A stretch of 64,000 bases of DNA from Convolutriloba macropyga. Lineage: Eukaryota. Below the pieces are notes generated by a model, which was not told the origin of the DNA, did not search any database, and saw only the letters and a list, made by a program, of their open reading frames with translations. This document shows, in pieces, positions 1 to 14,145 of this stretch; the first letter of the stretch is position 1, and every line of letters starts with the position of its first letter. The position numbers were made by a program, and so were the translations under genes. The stretch lies in NCBI RefSeq assembly GCF_964194025.1, contig NC_134475.1, forward strand, positions 2,480,001 to 2,544,000. The letters run 5' to 3'.

Positions 1-2
1 GA

Positions 3-513
3 AAAGCTGCCGCAACAGTTACTGCTGCTGTTCACCAGTATTATACGCATCAGTTACCCAAAGTTGCCTCACTTTTATCAGTAGCTACAATTGATTCAAA
101 ATTTTGCGCATATGACGAAAGAAGCGCCGCAACAAAATACATGATCCAGTGGCTCAGATCTGATGAGGCGTTGTTGAGCAACCCAGATGCAAAGATTTCA
201 GCGACAGTGAGCATTATCTTTGTCTATTGCCTTGAACTTTATTGATTACCATTGAAACTGACATCAAGTTTATTAGAGAGAGCAAAGTTAACCTCTATTA
301 TTTTTTCAGGTATTAAACGACCAGAGTGAACCACTGATATCTGTTATGTACAAAGATGGCTCAAAACTGAACTTCAAAGGGAAACACCTGAGATTTGAAG
401 AAATGCAATCGTTTTTTATACAGCACACAGAACCGAAAAATATTGCCGTAAAACAAGCGCAAGATGAGGAGTTATTAAAATCATCAGGAAAACTTAAAAA
501 ATTTACTCGATAA
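3..513 (+). CDS. MRPL53: Mitochondrial ribosomal protein L53, 5'-partial; join(<3..206,310..513)
   Basis: Spliced reading SKFCAYDERSAATKYMIQWLRSDEALLSNPDAKISAT|VLNDQSEPLISVMYKDGSKLNFKGKHLRFEEM matches the mL53 pattern (FCPF...N..C.V...V..D.SEP.V.V.F.DG..L..G.HL...EM). GT..AG intron 207-309, phase 0; stop TAA 511-513. Confidence 0.8.
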
Positions 514-853
514 TTTTAACAGGCTGTCTGGAGACATTATTGGAACAGATGAGAATGTTTAAGTATATAATTTTTTTGGAATAGACAATTTGAGTCAATA
601 TCAGGCGTTCTTTTGTCGCTGATTTTTTCTGTTTTTAACCCTGAGCCAAATGGATCCATTTGTGACCCTCAGCTTAAAGAGTGGACGCAACCCCCACTCG
701 ATTTTGGTTTTTAAATGCATACTGATTTGTAATGTCTGATTTGATCAAAAATTGAGGTAAATTACAAAAAATTTCAGCAAGCTGATGGTTTCAGGTTGCA
801 CATGGTTTAACAGCGAAGGTTTCGCCAAGTTGTCTTAACGTTACTACGCATAA

Positions 854-3800
854 ATGAGAACAAAAGAAGAAAGACCCGTTAGAAGAGTAAGGGAGCAGAG
901 AAAGGAGGACGCCGAGCCGGAGGAGGATGATTTGTCACCGGTAAGGCAGACCTCTAAGCGAGGAAGAAAGACACTTTCTTCGAGAGATAAAGAGTACGAC
1001 GAACACGGAGTGCACATTGCCACTAGACTGGACATATGTGACTGCTTGGATGCCAAATGCGTCGGTAACAAATTGCTTTGTAAAATAACCTTTCAAGTCT
1101 CAAATATGTAGGAAACACAAAAACTAAATTAAGAAATGCACCTCCCCAACACTGGTTAAATATTGGTTTGTCCGGGGCCCTACCAGAACTTCGTAAAGCA
1201 TTTCGTATTGTTTAAATCAATAAAATGATATTGTACACAAACAGCTTCTGTGAAAAATGTAAAACAAAAGACCGACAGCAGTAGAACACAAACAACTAAT
1301 GGCGAAAGTAGATTAGTCTCGTGAGTCTCAAGTAGATAAGCTCACGAAAGATAAAAGTGAGCGAAGAAAGCTTCCGCTTTTGCAACGAGTTCGTTGTTAA
1401 TTAAAGATAACAGACAAAGCAGAAACTATTGAATAGTTTAGTGAATGTTCTTCTCATGGTTTTCGTTAGAAATAAAGTAAATTTTCTCTAGAACTTTTTT
1501 TAAATTAAAAAAAATTGTTTTTTTTAAGATTGTTTTTCGAGCAGTGGAATTTCAAGTTAGGTTAAAGTTCAATTATACCGATTCTGAGTCTGAAATTTAA
1601 TGAAACATTTATTTAGTTTTGGAAATTCTTTGGCAATGTTTATTATTTTGCCGCAGGTCAAAATTATACGGCAAAAATGTATTTACAACGTAAACTTAAA
1701 CTTTTTTTGACAAATTTAACATTCATTTTTACTGTCACAACCTGAATCTTCAATGAGCCTAAAACTAACAGAGAGACAAAGATAGTGAAATTTATCTAAG
1801 GTATAAATATTTCATGATTTGGTTACATTATTTTTTATGATTAATAGCCGTGAAGCGATAGCTGCTATTACTGGGGACATCCTGGTTTTTTTACGACTCG
1901 AAGAGTATTCGTTTTCTTTCAGTTTTTTTTTACCGGAAGTACTATTTGTTCAGGCGGCATTTTGACCTGATAGTGAAAGTGAGTAAAATTTCCGTGTAAA
2001 CTAACTTTTTCTGAGCGAGAAAAGTTTTTTGTTCATGCGCTGCGTTCAGTGAATGACTTTTTGACTTTGAAAAGAGTTTTTGAGAGATTGGTGCATATAG
2101 CTGACAGTTTTTAGGCGTGTTTTCGTCCGTTTGGCACAATTTTGTTTATTGTAACTTTATTTTTTGTTGAAGTAAATTTTGACCGATACCGCATGATTAT
2201 GTAACCATCTTAAATCGATACCACAATCTTTCTGAGAGCTTGATAATGAGTTTCAAGTGCAAAATTTGCCCATATTTCTCATTTTTTTCAATTTTTGGGT
2301 TTTTTTGTTATTTTCTTCATATTTGGTTCTTTGAGCGGACTTTTTAAAAATCAAGTTAGTAAATATATCAACCTCTTTCGGATAATTCCCAATTTGGATG
2401 CCTTTTTGACGTGATGTGTTTTTGTTTAATAAAATCCGATTTTGGCTGTTTTGTCAATTTTTTCAAAGTTTTTTGTTTGTACTTTGAGTTTTTTTACCAT
2501 AGTCTTTTAGTGAACAATCGTGTTTTTGTTTACCTTCTGATGCGAATTGAATTGAGTTTGGCGATAACTATTTAAAATTCAGTTAAAATTTCATGTTTTG
2601 AACATTTTTTTCAAATTGTTTCGCAATTGAGATGTTTTCATTTCTTACTGAAACAGGAAGACGGCTATCTAATGTTCTTAAACCTCGATTGCTTAATAAC
2701 AAAAGACCTAGATTTTCTACCTCATTTTTAAATTTTGATTTTAATTTAGAGTTTGCAATACTTTTTTTTTAGAATTTTCGAATTAGATTTTGTATTTAGT
2801 CTCCAAATTCTGGCATTTTTCCTTCTAACATTCTCCTACGACCTATAGTTTTATTCGCCCTCCTTTTGTATAACTGAAAATTATCGATTTGAACTAATAA
2901 TTTTTGTCTTTTTCCTTCGACTTTTTTATTGGTTTTGGTAACATACGAATTTTTGCGTTTGGATATGTTTCTGTCTCTTAGTCTGTTTCATGATTAATTT
3001 CGATTTTTTTGGTCATTGTTTAGTTCTTTCGCGTTCATTGTGATTTAAGGCGACAACTAATGTTTATAGATAAAGCTACAAAGTTCATTTAGTTACGAAT
3101 TGAGTAGTGTTTTTATTTTGCAAAACAGTGTTTTGATTGAGAGAACTTACGGAAATTGATATATTTTGTCAATTTTTGGCCATTTCTTGCGGTATTCAAA
3201 TTTTTCTTTCAAAATAAGGTTTTGGGAACCTGACATGGCTTAACTTTTGCTGCTCGCGTACTTTAATATTTTCAATTGCGTACAAAACCTTTGGGTTGTT
3301 TTATATACAGGTGTAATGTAATTTTTTTGGTTCAGTGGGTATTATGGGCTGTCTTAATTTTTTGACTGATTTTTTGTCTTTAGTAGTCATCTTTAGTAGT
3401 AGGGACCAATTGATTTAAAAGGTAATTCTTTGACGAGCTTCGAGTCGTTTCCGGAATTCTTCCAGCTGTTTTTTAATTCGTCTGCATCGATGATTCTTGC
3501 GACCTGACTTCTTGCAATTGACCTTTTCAAAAAAAAGACTTTTGAGCTCACCAAATGAAATTTAAGTTTTATGAACATTTACTATAGTTAAAGATCAATA
3601 GTGTGCATCTAAGTAGTGCCAAAGGCATGCCTTTGGTGTGCCTAATTCTTGAGTATTAGAGTCTCAAGTCTAGTTGTCTATTAAAGGACTGGTGGTCAAT
3701 CTGTATCTAATTTCTTTAATTGTTTCAATTCCATGGAAGGCCACTACGGTCTATCGCGACTATTTTCCGGCAATCTGCCGGCTATGTTTTGACGACGTTG

Positions 3801-4228
3801 CATAACGTTTTTTGCCTTGAAAGTCCTCCGATTTTAAGTGTTTCATTTGTTGGAGCTGTGTTCTGAGAGATGCAAAATAGAATGGCGCTAGTCACAGTTA
3901 AATTTGCCCACGCGGTGCCTGTAAGCGCCCTTATTGTTTTGAATTTGACTACTTCGACATATCCGATGAGCATCTAAATTTTTGGTCGACAGAGCTGCTC
4001 AAGTTCGATGCACAAATGTGTGGTTTTGCAGGTTGCTGGATGCCATGCAGTACTTGTGGAGGTACCAAATGTGGACTGCACTGCAGAAGATCGCGAAAGT
4101 TTGTCTACTCAAAAGTTATTTCCCAATCAGGCATGTGCAGTGTGGAGCAACCTTTCCATATGAGAAGGTTTCCTGCAAAAAGTGGGAAGCACGACAGTGA
4201 ACACAGTGAGAAAAGTGATTCCAAATGA
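854..4228 (+). CDS. ARL14EP: ARL14 effector protein (ARF7EP_C Cys-rich domain); join(854..1064,4032..4228)
   Basis: YDEHG...DICDCLDAKCVG|CWMPCSTCGGTKCGLHCRRSRKFVY reproduces the ARL14EP signature (YD..G...DLCDCL...C.GCF..C..CGS.KCG..CR..RK..Y). Phase-1 GT/AG intron 1065-4031 joins the two ORF-track fragments in frame. Confidence 0.88.
1843..3786 (+). mobile_element. HINE family A (subTIR AATAGCCGC/GCGGCTATT) with nested family-C element
   Basis: 5' AATAGCCGTG...GCTATT stem-loop; 3' ATCGCGACTATT + hairpin CCGGC-AATCT-GCCGG + CTATG, followed by T-run. Confidence 0.75.
1893..3468 (+). mobile_element. HINE family C (subTIR ACGACTCGAAG/CTTCGAGTCGT)
   Basis: Perfect 11-bp subTIR pair; 3' hairpin CCGGAA-TTC-TTCCAG; T-runs on both sides; body homologous to 33730- and 63339-. 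Confidence 0.8.
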
Positions 4229-4726
4229 ACTGATTAGAGAACAAATTCATTTTTGTTGTTGATTGTTGTTTTATGTTAGAATTTTAGTTAGAATAAGAAT
4301 TTCTTGAGTATATAGTTTTTGAACCATGAATTGAGTTGTTCCTAGATAAAGATCGATAGACGAATTAAATTAATTATCGATGCAAATTGCTCAATCTCTC
4401 ATTTTTAATCGAAACTTCTATATATTATATTCTACAGAATTTTCAGCTAACCAGTGAATTTCAAGTTTAATGATAAACTATTCAGGTTAGCTTTTCGCTG
4501 CTCACGGAATATTCCAAACGGCTTGTTCGAACATCGAAGTATTCGCATACTAGCTGTTATTGACGATTTCAGAACACTGACTTTATTCTGATACCCCTAA
4601 AATAATCTGTTTTAGCTATTCTGCTTGCAAAATTTTTCGCAGGTGTTGAATAATTTCAGATTTAAGTTGAAATCGCAACATTGAAGTCACTGTTGTCAAT
4701 CGAGAGTTGAAAGTTGATCGAAATTC

Positions 4727-7700
4727 ATGTTGAAAGGAGAAGGCAGTCACAATAATGGGAGCAGTCAAACAAAAAGAGCAACGAAAAAGAAAAGTAAAAG
4801 TGGTCATCGTGTCGCAAATGACGTAGAGCTGGACGATGATGTTAATCAATTGCTTCTCGCAGCATTGCTCACAAAAGGAACCAACTACAGGAAAAAGGTA
4901 TGCATTTGTATGATGAGGCTAATATGTAGTGAGTTTGGCACATTGATACTGCAGCATTGACAGACGGGGTTAAGTAGACAACAAAAATTTAAGACGACAA
5001 ACATACCACACGTCAATTTTTAATAGCCTCCGTCAGCCTCTCAAACGGCTATTATTTAAGCGCTCTCCTTTTTACAATTCAAAGAATTTGAATTGCATTG
5101 GGGCGCTGTCTTTTTTTTTAAGATCTGTTCACACATTTTCATGATTTTTGAAGTCAAATTGGAGTAGTGATTTTGGTCACGCCGAAACAGGAAGTGGAGC
5201 GCGAAAGTAGAGTTAGAAAACAGTGTTTGAACAAAAATTCGCGTTCTCGCTAGTGGTTTTTTGTTCACATGCGGCAATTTCACTTTGATTTTTACTGTTT
5301 TTTCGATTCTTTGGATCGGATTTTTTTCTAAATGGTTTTCCCAATCCATTCATAGTCCGTTCTAGGTCTAGTTTTCTGTTTAGTCAATGAAAATTCTTTG
5401 AATTGTACGTCAGGAGTTGTGTTTTTAATAGCCGCACAGCGATAGCTGGGGCTATTATTGGCATTCGCTTGTTTTTTTTATTTCGTCGCGATTTTTGTTT
5501 CGACCATATGATATCACAACCTTTTCAAATCTGCTTTTTGTACATTCGTTCATGCAATTTTACCTGAATTGCGTGCGTGACGTCATTTTTCGCTCTTTGT
5601 GAAGCGAGTTTTTGTTCATTCGCTAGATTGAATTTTTGGTCACATTTGACTTTAAAGAGATAAGGTCAAATGGGTATGTGCCACTTCATTATGAAGTTTA
5701 TTTGAGAGCAGCTAATAGAGGCAGCAAAAACTGATACAGATTTTTTAATCAAAATATAAAATATCAGCCTTCAATGAAAAGATGATTTTTTTGGTCTTTT
5801 TTAGTGTTTTTTTGAGACTGCAGATCTACGAAGCTATTGCGGCTGTTTTCTGGCAATCTGCCAGCTATGTTTTTTAATTCACTTGCTATGTTTTTTTGAT
5901 TCCCTTTACCTTTGGATCACGTTTGTCACAATTTTCACGTCTGACTTCTTACTTACCTCACTCACTGTTTCAACTGAATGGATTTTAATTTTAACTTTTG
6001 AAGTAAGTTTAGGTTTAGAATCTAACTGAAACTGCACACTGAATTAAATTTTTTTTGAAACTTAGGAAATTTTTTTGTCAATTTCAGTCTCTTCTTTCAG
6101 TTTCTGTTTCAATCCTGATATGCGTCTAGCGCGTCAACGGCGGCTATTTTCCGTCAATCTGCGGCTATGTTAATGGTTGGACGAACAAGTGCGTTACGTT
6201 GAAAATACTACGTTTTGAATATTTTTGGCCTTTCGCGGGCAGTAGTGGCAATACCCCGTCACAATTTGCGTCACTGATTTCTGTATTGAAAAAGTAAACA
6301 TTTATCACGGGCAAGTGACGACCTATGCATGAATTTTGCCACTCGTATTCATGAATGAATAAACCTTTTCCGCGATTTTGAGCATTCAATTCTTCACAAA
6401 ACTCCACTTAGCCTAAAAGTTTTGCTCTATATTTAGAATTTTTTAATTGCTCTGGAACGAAGTTTGAAGCAATTATTATGAATGTGTTGATCATTTTTAT
6501 GCAAATTTTTCACGCACTTGACTTTTCGTTTTGCGTCCAGGAAGGTTGGATTTTGTAAGCCGGTTATTGTCAAAAACCATCCCACCTCAACCGTCGTCTG
6601 TGCAAATCGTCCGACGTTGGTCATTATTTAATAGGTTTTACTAAAAATGTTTATGCCTGCGCGCAGATTCCTTTTTTCTTGGTTTTGTCTATTATTGTTT
6701 AATTGCTCTCAAACGAAGTTTGTAGTTTATCGCAATTATATTAGTTATGTGGTCTTTTTATATGCGATTTTTTGCTTTACAAATTTTCGCATTCGACTTT
6801 TCGTCCTCAAAAACGGGATAAACAGGTTGCGCTTGGAGGGCTTTAAGTACTCTAAGAGGCTTTAAGAGCCCTAAGCCTAACCAGTCGCCTCCCCCCCCCT
6901 CACTCACTACCCCCCTCCCCCACTCACTGCCGCCCCTCGCCCACCGCCTAGTCCACCCCCTCCATTTGGACCCCCGTCTCGCCCAGCCATCCCAAGCCCC
7001 CCCCCCCCGATCGGTTGATCCCCCCCATGCTTGCATCTCTGAGCCCGAGCTGGGTACTACCGAAGCCAACCGCTCGCCGGTCGTTTGAGAGCGATTCGCG
7101 CGACGTTAGTCGCTTATGTTTAAGTTATTTTTACGCGCAACGATTAATATGATGTTCTAGGCTGTTGACGACTCAAAACCCTTCCAACAAAGTGGCAATT
7201 TGATCGCTATCAACACAAATCCAAGTGATCCAACATCGTCTGAGCAAAACAAGGAGTCTCCAAGTGATAACAACAACATTGTTGACAGTTCAAAACCACG
7301 TGAAACTTCGAGTACAGGTGACTGTACACCAGTTCAAGATGAGCCAAGATTTGACGAGCAAATTGACGATTTGGAAAAGTTGAAAGCGAATATTGAAGCT
7401 GTTGCTAATGATGATAATTTAGAGGCCGCTGAGGTCTCAGAAGATGGCGATTATTCGGAACCAGACATTGAAGTTAAATTAGGAACAGCAGATTCTGCTC
7501 TGTCGCTCATTTCTCCTTCAGATGAGCTCATTTTAAACGTTTCTGGTGAAACAATTTCTCCGTTAGATCCTGGTCCTACGTTATCAAAAGCTCCAATCAC
7601 GGATGTCGCCTCTTCAGCTAGAGAGAAATCGGACAAAATTGAGTCTGCCAAATTTGCAGAAGAGTCTACTGTTGAGTTGAGAGATCTGAATTGCAAAGAT

Positions 7701-9716
7701 AATTCTGAGAATGATGATGATGATATCCCACCACTGGATCCGAAATCGTCGATAAGCTTGGACTGCGATGACATTTTGAACTTTGATTTTGAAGATCTTA
7801 ACGACCTTGACAGCTTTTTAGACAAACACACGTCTGTGGACAAGGATAAAATGAACCAAAAAGAGAATGGGTCACAAGAAGAGAAAAATGAAGAGAGCAC
7901 TGTTTTAGATGACATCCAACAGCAGAAACCTAATAAAGCTGAAAAAGATTGTTTGAAATCTGAGACAAATGTTGAACCAAAACAACCTGTTCAAAGCAAA
8001 ACAGCTGTTAAAAAAGACGTGAATGATAAGCCTAAAACTGACAACATGAATCTAAACCCTTCGAAAACTGAAGATGCTCCAAGAATGGGCAATTTGTCCG
8101 AAAATGAAGTAAAATCAAAACCTAAGCAAATAGCGAAGAGGGAAAAGATTGTTTATTCAGCGCCTGGATCGCCGAGCCAAATCCAAGCTTCAGGAAAAAC
8201 TCAGGAAAAGTCTGCATCAAGTTTGAACGCCTCTCCTGAAAAACCCAAACGTATACTAAATTTGAAAGAAGCAAAATCATCACCATCAAGAAGTAATGCT
8301 CACTCAAAACGAGATGCAAAATTAATGGAAAGTTTGGATAAGGAGCTCGAAATGTTTCATAAAGGTCTGGCGAAAATTCAAGTGCCTGTTAAAGAAGATA
8401 AAAAGTCAAAGCGGAAGCCCATTGAGTACTCGAACTTAGATCTGGGTTCATCAAGTAGAATTGACAGCAACCTTTTCCAGAAGAAAAAGCCTCGGACTAA
8501 ATCAAGATCGAAAGAGCGTAAAGAGGTTCGCGTACGAAGAAGATCAGATTCTCGCGAGAAGCTTAAGCATCGAAAGAGACGAAAAAGTTCAACAACGGCT
8601 TCGGAAAGCTCAGAAAGTTATTTTTCATCGGACGAGGAGTCAAACTACAATTCAAAACAAAGTGACTTGGAAACCATCACAAGTGCTTCCTCGGAAGAAT
8701 CAGACGTGAGCGAAAAGCGAGGAAAAAAGAAACGAAAAGCCAAAGCGGACCGCGAGAGACGCAAAAAATACAAAGGTGATGAGAGAAAGAAATTAAGCCG
8801 AGATGCCAAAAGTCGGAAACGCCCAAACAAAGATTCCAGTCAACGCAAGATGAGCCGGAAAAAACGTTCACGTGAGTCTTCTAATGGTATCGTTAGCAAC
8901 GATGATGATGATGATGTACCAACGTTATCTCAGAAACCCGAGAAAATTCCCAAATTTTCGAAAACTATTCAACTTTCTCAAGATTACGAAGATTTTTCGG
9001 ACGATAGTGGCGATCCGTATGCCCACCTTAAACCCTCAAGCGATGTCGAATCGGGATCGTCAACTACTATAACCGCCAGTTTCAGACAGGCAGCTGAAAA
9101 TAATGAAGAACTGGAAGGTGTAAATGATTTTGATGAAGACGATGATATCTTTAAAATTGCTGATGTTGAGAAGAATCGAGTGACTGGTTCAAAAACTTCG
9201 AAAAAGTTATCACACCTTGAGCAGCTGAAACTTAAGCATAGAAACCAGGTTTCCTATTCTGACGAAGAGTACACAAACGAAGATGAAGAAATTGAATCTT
9301 TGATACGAGCTCCTGGTATTACTAAGACACATAATTCCGATCTTTCGTCCAAACTTGGCAGGAAAGTGACAGTCCAGTCGAAGTCTAGCAAACGAAAAGC
9401 GGAGAAAATTGAACAACATTCTCAGTCAAACAGTGAAGATGAAAGCATATCCTCAAAATCGAATTATCGATCCAAAAATGCGGGGTTAAACGTAAAAGAT
9501 CGGCTAACATTGACTACAAAACTGAAGAAAAGCAACAGCTCTGCTCTAAGTAAAGGTCAAAAAGGGTCGTCGTCAATGCGCTCAGCAGATACAAGTCAAG
9601 GACGTTCTGTTCATTCAAGGCTGGGAAATCCGGGTTCTACCTCCAGAAATCAGAAGGAAGCAACTGGCAGAAATTCAACCCATAATAGTAATACCGCTTT
9701 GACACGTCTTCTCTAA
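4727..9716 (+). CDS. Large acidic, Ser/Lys/Arg-rich intrinsically disordered protein; join(4727..4897,7161..~9687/9716); probably further small exons near 9742-9773 and 10436-10545
   Basis: 838-codon open frame. Donor AAG|GTATGC at 4897 and acceptor TTCTAG|GCT at 7161 are in frame. RSRS/KR-rich NLS-like and D/E-rich tracts. No recognisable folded domain. Confidence 0.7.
5022..6169 (+). mobile_element. HINE family A containing a second family-A copy at 5427-5869
   Basis: Outer AATAGCCTCCGT...ACGGCGGCTATT + hairpin + CTATG. Inner AATAGCCGC...GCGGCTGTT + CTGGC-AATCT-GCCAG + CTATG. Confidence 0.75.
6445..7118 (+). mobile_element. Two adjacent HINE family B copies (6445-~6626, 6701-7118; subTIR AATTGCTCTCGAACG/CGTTCGAGAGCAATT)
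   Basis: AATTGCTCTCAAACGA...TCGTTTGAGAGCGATT + hairpin GCGAC-GTTA-GTCGC + TTATG; internal C-rich tract 6890-7026. Confidence 0.75.
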
Positions 9717-12334
9717 ATGGCTCTAACACAATCGATTACAGAGCAGATGGCAGAAAAATAAACCTCTTAGGAAGTAAGAATTTATTTGAGTTTCGAATTA
9801 TGTGATGTTCTTTATCTCATCCTCGAGACTGTGTTGCGCTTTAAGTGTGGTACATGAAAGACCGTAAAATGTGTGCGACTGATACTCTTCATCAGCGTTT
9901 ACGCTAGCTTTTTAAACCGAACTTATAATTAGGAATTAGTTGTCATTCACTTAGTTTTTAACTTTGAACCATATCAATAAGTCATTATTTGTGAGAGGTT
10001 TATTTTTGTGCCTTTTATTTTCTTCATTGAAAGGGGTATCGTGGAAAGAAATGTGGCTAATTTAAAGCCGATAGCTTTTGATGTTATATTATATTTTTGC
10101 GGTTTGAAATTTTGATATATCGCAAATGTAAACCACCCTTTTAAGCCATAATACCTGTACTAAATGGCGCATTGAATAACTTCAGTTTGGGTGTTTTCAT
10201 CTGATGCGATATTTATTAGATTTAACCTTGAGTTTCTTTTTGATCCTGCAGATTTAGATTATCTAATATATTTTGCAGTAACCTGCTTTTTACAGCGGTC
10301 TAAAAAGTAAACCTAGATACGGAAAAGTTGGTTGCGCTAAATTTTTTAGGACTACGTTTCCGGATTTTTTCTACTATTGACATTCAACTCGTTGAAATTA
10401 ATCATTAAAGTTTATATTCATTGTGCTCTGTGTAGGCACTCCGAGAAGATATTTGCATCGCTTAGAAACAGTTCCAGCTTTAAAAGACGATAGAGGATTA
10501 AATTTCGACGATAAAATTAGAAAATATAAATGGGATAATTCATAACCCTAAATTGCGCCCCATTTTGGTTCTAATCTTGAGGTTGGATCTCTTTTTTGTT
10601 TCAAAAGCATCCGTGATATTCATCCGTGAGAGACATGAGTGTGAATTGAAAGCTCTCACAGCTTAGAATATCTATACAAATAAATGTTCTGAATCTTGAC
10701 TTTCCTGCCTGAAAAGACATGAGGATTTGAAAAGGTTTTGCTTAGGAGTTTCGGCCAAAAACAACGGAAAAGATGATCAGAAATGTTTTTAGTCGAACAA
10801 AATTTTACAATTAAATTTTTCTTAAGAAACTTTATTATTGCGTTAAAATTTTGAAATCTCTTTTGGTTTAAATATGGACAACCACGAAATAAAAATGCGC
10901 TCAATTTGCTAATTCAATTCACAGAAATTGGTGAGTGAGCTGAAAAAATCGAACTAGAAATGTCTCCCTTTCTGCTCTTAATTTTTAAAAGATTTTTCAA
11001 AACTTAGCGGGCGAATTGCTGCGACAGGCATGCTGAAAAATATCTAAAGCAGCAGCTACAGTTTTGAATTGATGAAGTTGCAAAGGCTACAAATGATACC
11101 CATCAAAAAATTAATTTGCTTTTTCAAAATTCAAATCGATCGCATCATTTTAAGTGTCATGCTCTATTGCTAATAGTCACGTAATACAAGGCTCGCATTT
11201 TAACCTTGATAAGATTTAGATCTACTTTTAGTGTCACTAATATTAGTATTATAAATTTATTTCGAGGGTAATGTCGGGCCATTGTTCCGAAAACTTACCA
11301 CTCTTCAGCTGAAACTATCCATTACTTTGATAAAATGACGGCAAACATGAAATTGGCTGAATAGCAGCAAAAGTTGCTATTCTTATTTTTTTTCTAAACC
11401 GATTGATAAGCAAATCTAAATCTATAGAATAATAAATCGATTTGCGAAAAGAATTAACACTCCATAGTATGACCTCAGATTACATCGGAGCTCATAAGAA
11501 ATAACTTAAATGCCGAGAGGAATTTTCTCGAGAAAGCAAAGTTGAAAAGTTGCAGAACATTTCTGGAATTCTTGAATCCTGTCGTACAAAGTATTCGACA
11601 TTCCAACTTTTGTTGAAAATGTTCGCCATTATGGACTTTTTGTCTAAGATGTTTTAAATAGCCGAAAATCTGGTTTACTAAAAATGGTTTTACATATTTT
11701 ATAATTTTATTTTTTCACTCGGAAAACTTTCTGCAACATCCTGTTTTGTTTTTCGTTACCGTCAATTCTCTTGAATGCTGACTCTGTGTTTCATTCAAGT
11801 GAGCGCGATTGATGAGGAATCAAGAAGTTTCAAACCTAAGACAAAAATTTCTTGTGTTCTCAATTGTTAACCTAAGAAAAACAGCTCAAATTTTCTTGGG
11901 AGTTTTCAGATGCTTTTTCTTGTTTGAAGAATACTAGTGCTCAAAATATGAAAAGGAAAAAAAAACACAGTGTTTCGGATCATGAATCAAATTTGCATGC
12001 GATTTTTAGGGGAACAAGATAAATGACCAATTGCTGAAATTTGACGGTCGATTGCTGGTCTAATCGTGGTACCCATCCTATTAAAAGTAATCTTGAATAT
12101 AGAAATTCATAAAGAGAACAATTTTAAATTTTGAATAATTGCACTTTCTTCCATGGAATCTGTTTTTTAAAGTTTATTCCGGAAGCAAAAAATATTTTTG
12201 CGAAAATTGAGATACTTTAGTAATGTCAGGAATTACTAGTCGTTGTATAGAGGACTAAAATTGACACAATCATTTCATTTCGAAAAAGTAATTTTCCTAA
12301 TTTCCCTAGCTTGACTTTTGCTCCTCGCCGCTTA

Positions 12335-13283
12335 AATGTCGAAGTTAATGCAAAATTCTGGTAGTGATTTTGGTCACGCCGTAACAGGAAGTGGAGCGAA
12401 AAAGCGAGTGGTTTTACGGCGTGAAATTTTTCGCTCTAATTTTAATGTGAGTGAAAAAACGGTGTTTGAACAAAAATTCGTTTTCTCTCTAGTGGTTTTT
12501 TGTTCACATGCGGCAATTTCACTTGCGATTTTTAATGTTTTTTTCGATTTTTTTGGATCGGATTTTTTCCAAATGGTTTTGCAATCCATTCATAGTTCAT
12601 TCTAGGCTCAGTTTATTGTTTGAACCAATTTCCATTTCTCGCTTTTACATGCGGCATTTTGACAGTGATTTTCTGTTTTTTTTATATCTGCTTTTTTTAG
12701 CAATTGTTTTCCCAATTCACTCATAGTCCGTTCTAGGTCTAGTTTTTTGTTTAGTTAATGAAATTTCTTTGAATTTTACTTCAGGACTTTTCCTGCTATG
12801 TTTTTTTTTACTTCGTCTAACAGATTTTTTTTCGTATTTGACTTTCAATGACTTCAGTGACTTCTACTGCTTTGTAGTTAAAATTTGTGTTCGTGACGCC
12901 ATTTCTGCTTTTAGCTCAATTGCGTGACTGACCTCAATTAAGAAAATGACTTCTGAACTTGTTATGATACTTTAATTTTTATGAACATTTACTAATTAAA
13001 GGTCAAGTGTGCATCTAAGTAGTGCCAAATTTGCCCTAATTCCTTAGTAATAGAGTCTTGAGTTTTAATATCGGATAGTATTTTTGAAAAAGCTCCATTA
13101 AGGTTTTTTCCTTGTTGAGCAAATGTGTCTCACAAAAATGACAGTCCGAATCTAACCCAAAAAGTCTAGTGGTCTATTGAAAAGCTGATGATCGATCTGT
13201 CAATCTTATTTCTTTAGCTGTTTCAATTCATGGTAGGCCACAAGCGTCTATCGCGGCTATTTTCCGGCAACCTGCTGGCTATG
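12335..13283 (+). mobile_element. 5'-truncated / mosaic HINE family A sequence
   Basis: 12340-12790 is homologous to 5140-5415; 12810-13283 is homologous to 3470-3786 and ends in GCGGCTATT + hairpin + CTATG. Confidence 0.7.
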
Positions 13284-14145
13284 TTAATTATTGCAGTAAT
13301 TTTTGTGCCCATGCAATCTGAATTGATATCGCAAAGCTGTCATTATAGTGTTGCTAGAGATTTTGGCGTTCGGCTAACAAACTTTTATTCTTAAAACCAT
13401 CTCCATTTTTTTACTAGAATCTTTCTTGAAAATTTTCACAAGTCAATGCTACTGAATGTTGTTTTCAGACCATAGTACTATTCTTCCACATTGATAACAG
13501 ATTCTCCAGGTGGTAGAGGTTTGCGAGAAAAGTATTGTTGAGACAAACAGGGTTTAAAATCTCCAGCCCCTACGCTACTGAACCCCGCTCCACATCATTG
13601 TTTTTATTACTTTTGCAAAATTGTCTATAGCTTTTTCAACTGTTTTCAAGAGCTATTTGAATTAATATACTCTTTGCTTTTGTCTTTCGTTTTGATTTCC
13701 TTTATCGTGTTCTTTTAGCACGATTCTTTCTTGTTTTGGCATTGCAATTGAGATTTTTCGTACTGTCGGCCACTTTTCGTCTGACCATTTTCCATAATTT
13801 GTCGTCTAACCACTTTTCAAGTGAGTCTAAGTTTTTAATTCTTAATTTTTGCGTGTCAATCTACTCTCAAAGTTTAAAGCAGCATAGCTTAGTTGGAGGC
13901 ATTTATTTCGCCCTATTTTAATACTTTTTTGAATTGTGGTTACGACCCACTTCAGTGCAGGAGGAACTACCTGCTGCACTGTTTTTTTGTTCAGTCAATT
14001 TTGGCCGATAGATATATTCATCGTATAGAGTATTGAAAAGTATCACTAAAAAGCTCGTACAGCGTAGAATATAGAATTAAGAAGACTTTTGGAATTTTTT
14101 TTCCAGGCAATTATCGAGGTTTAAATTTTTGTGAACACAGTGATT

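Noticed and set aside
7451-9419. Antisense and alternate-frame ORFs over the large disordered gene, and similar ones over Copia and the Polinton
   Set aside because: Shadow ORFs caused by codon bias of the real CDS.
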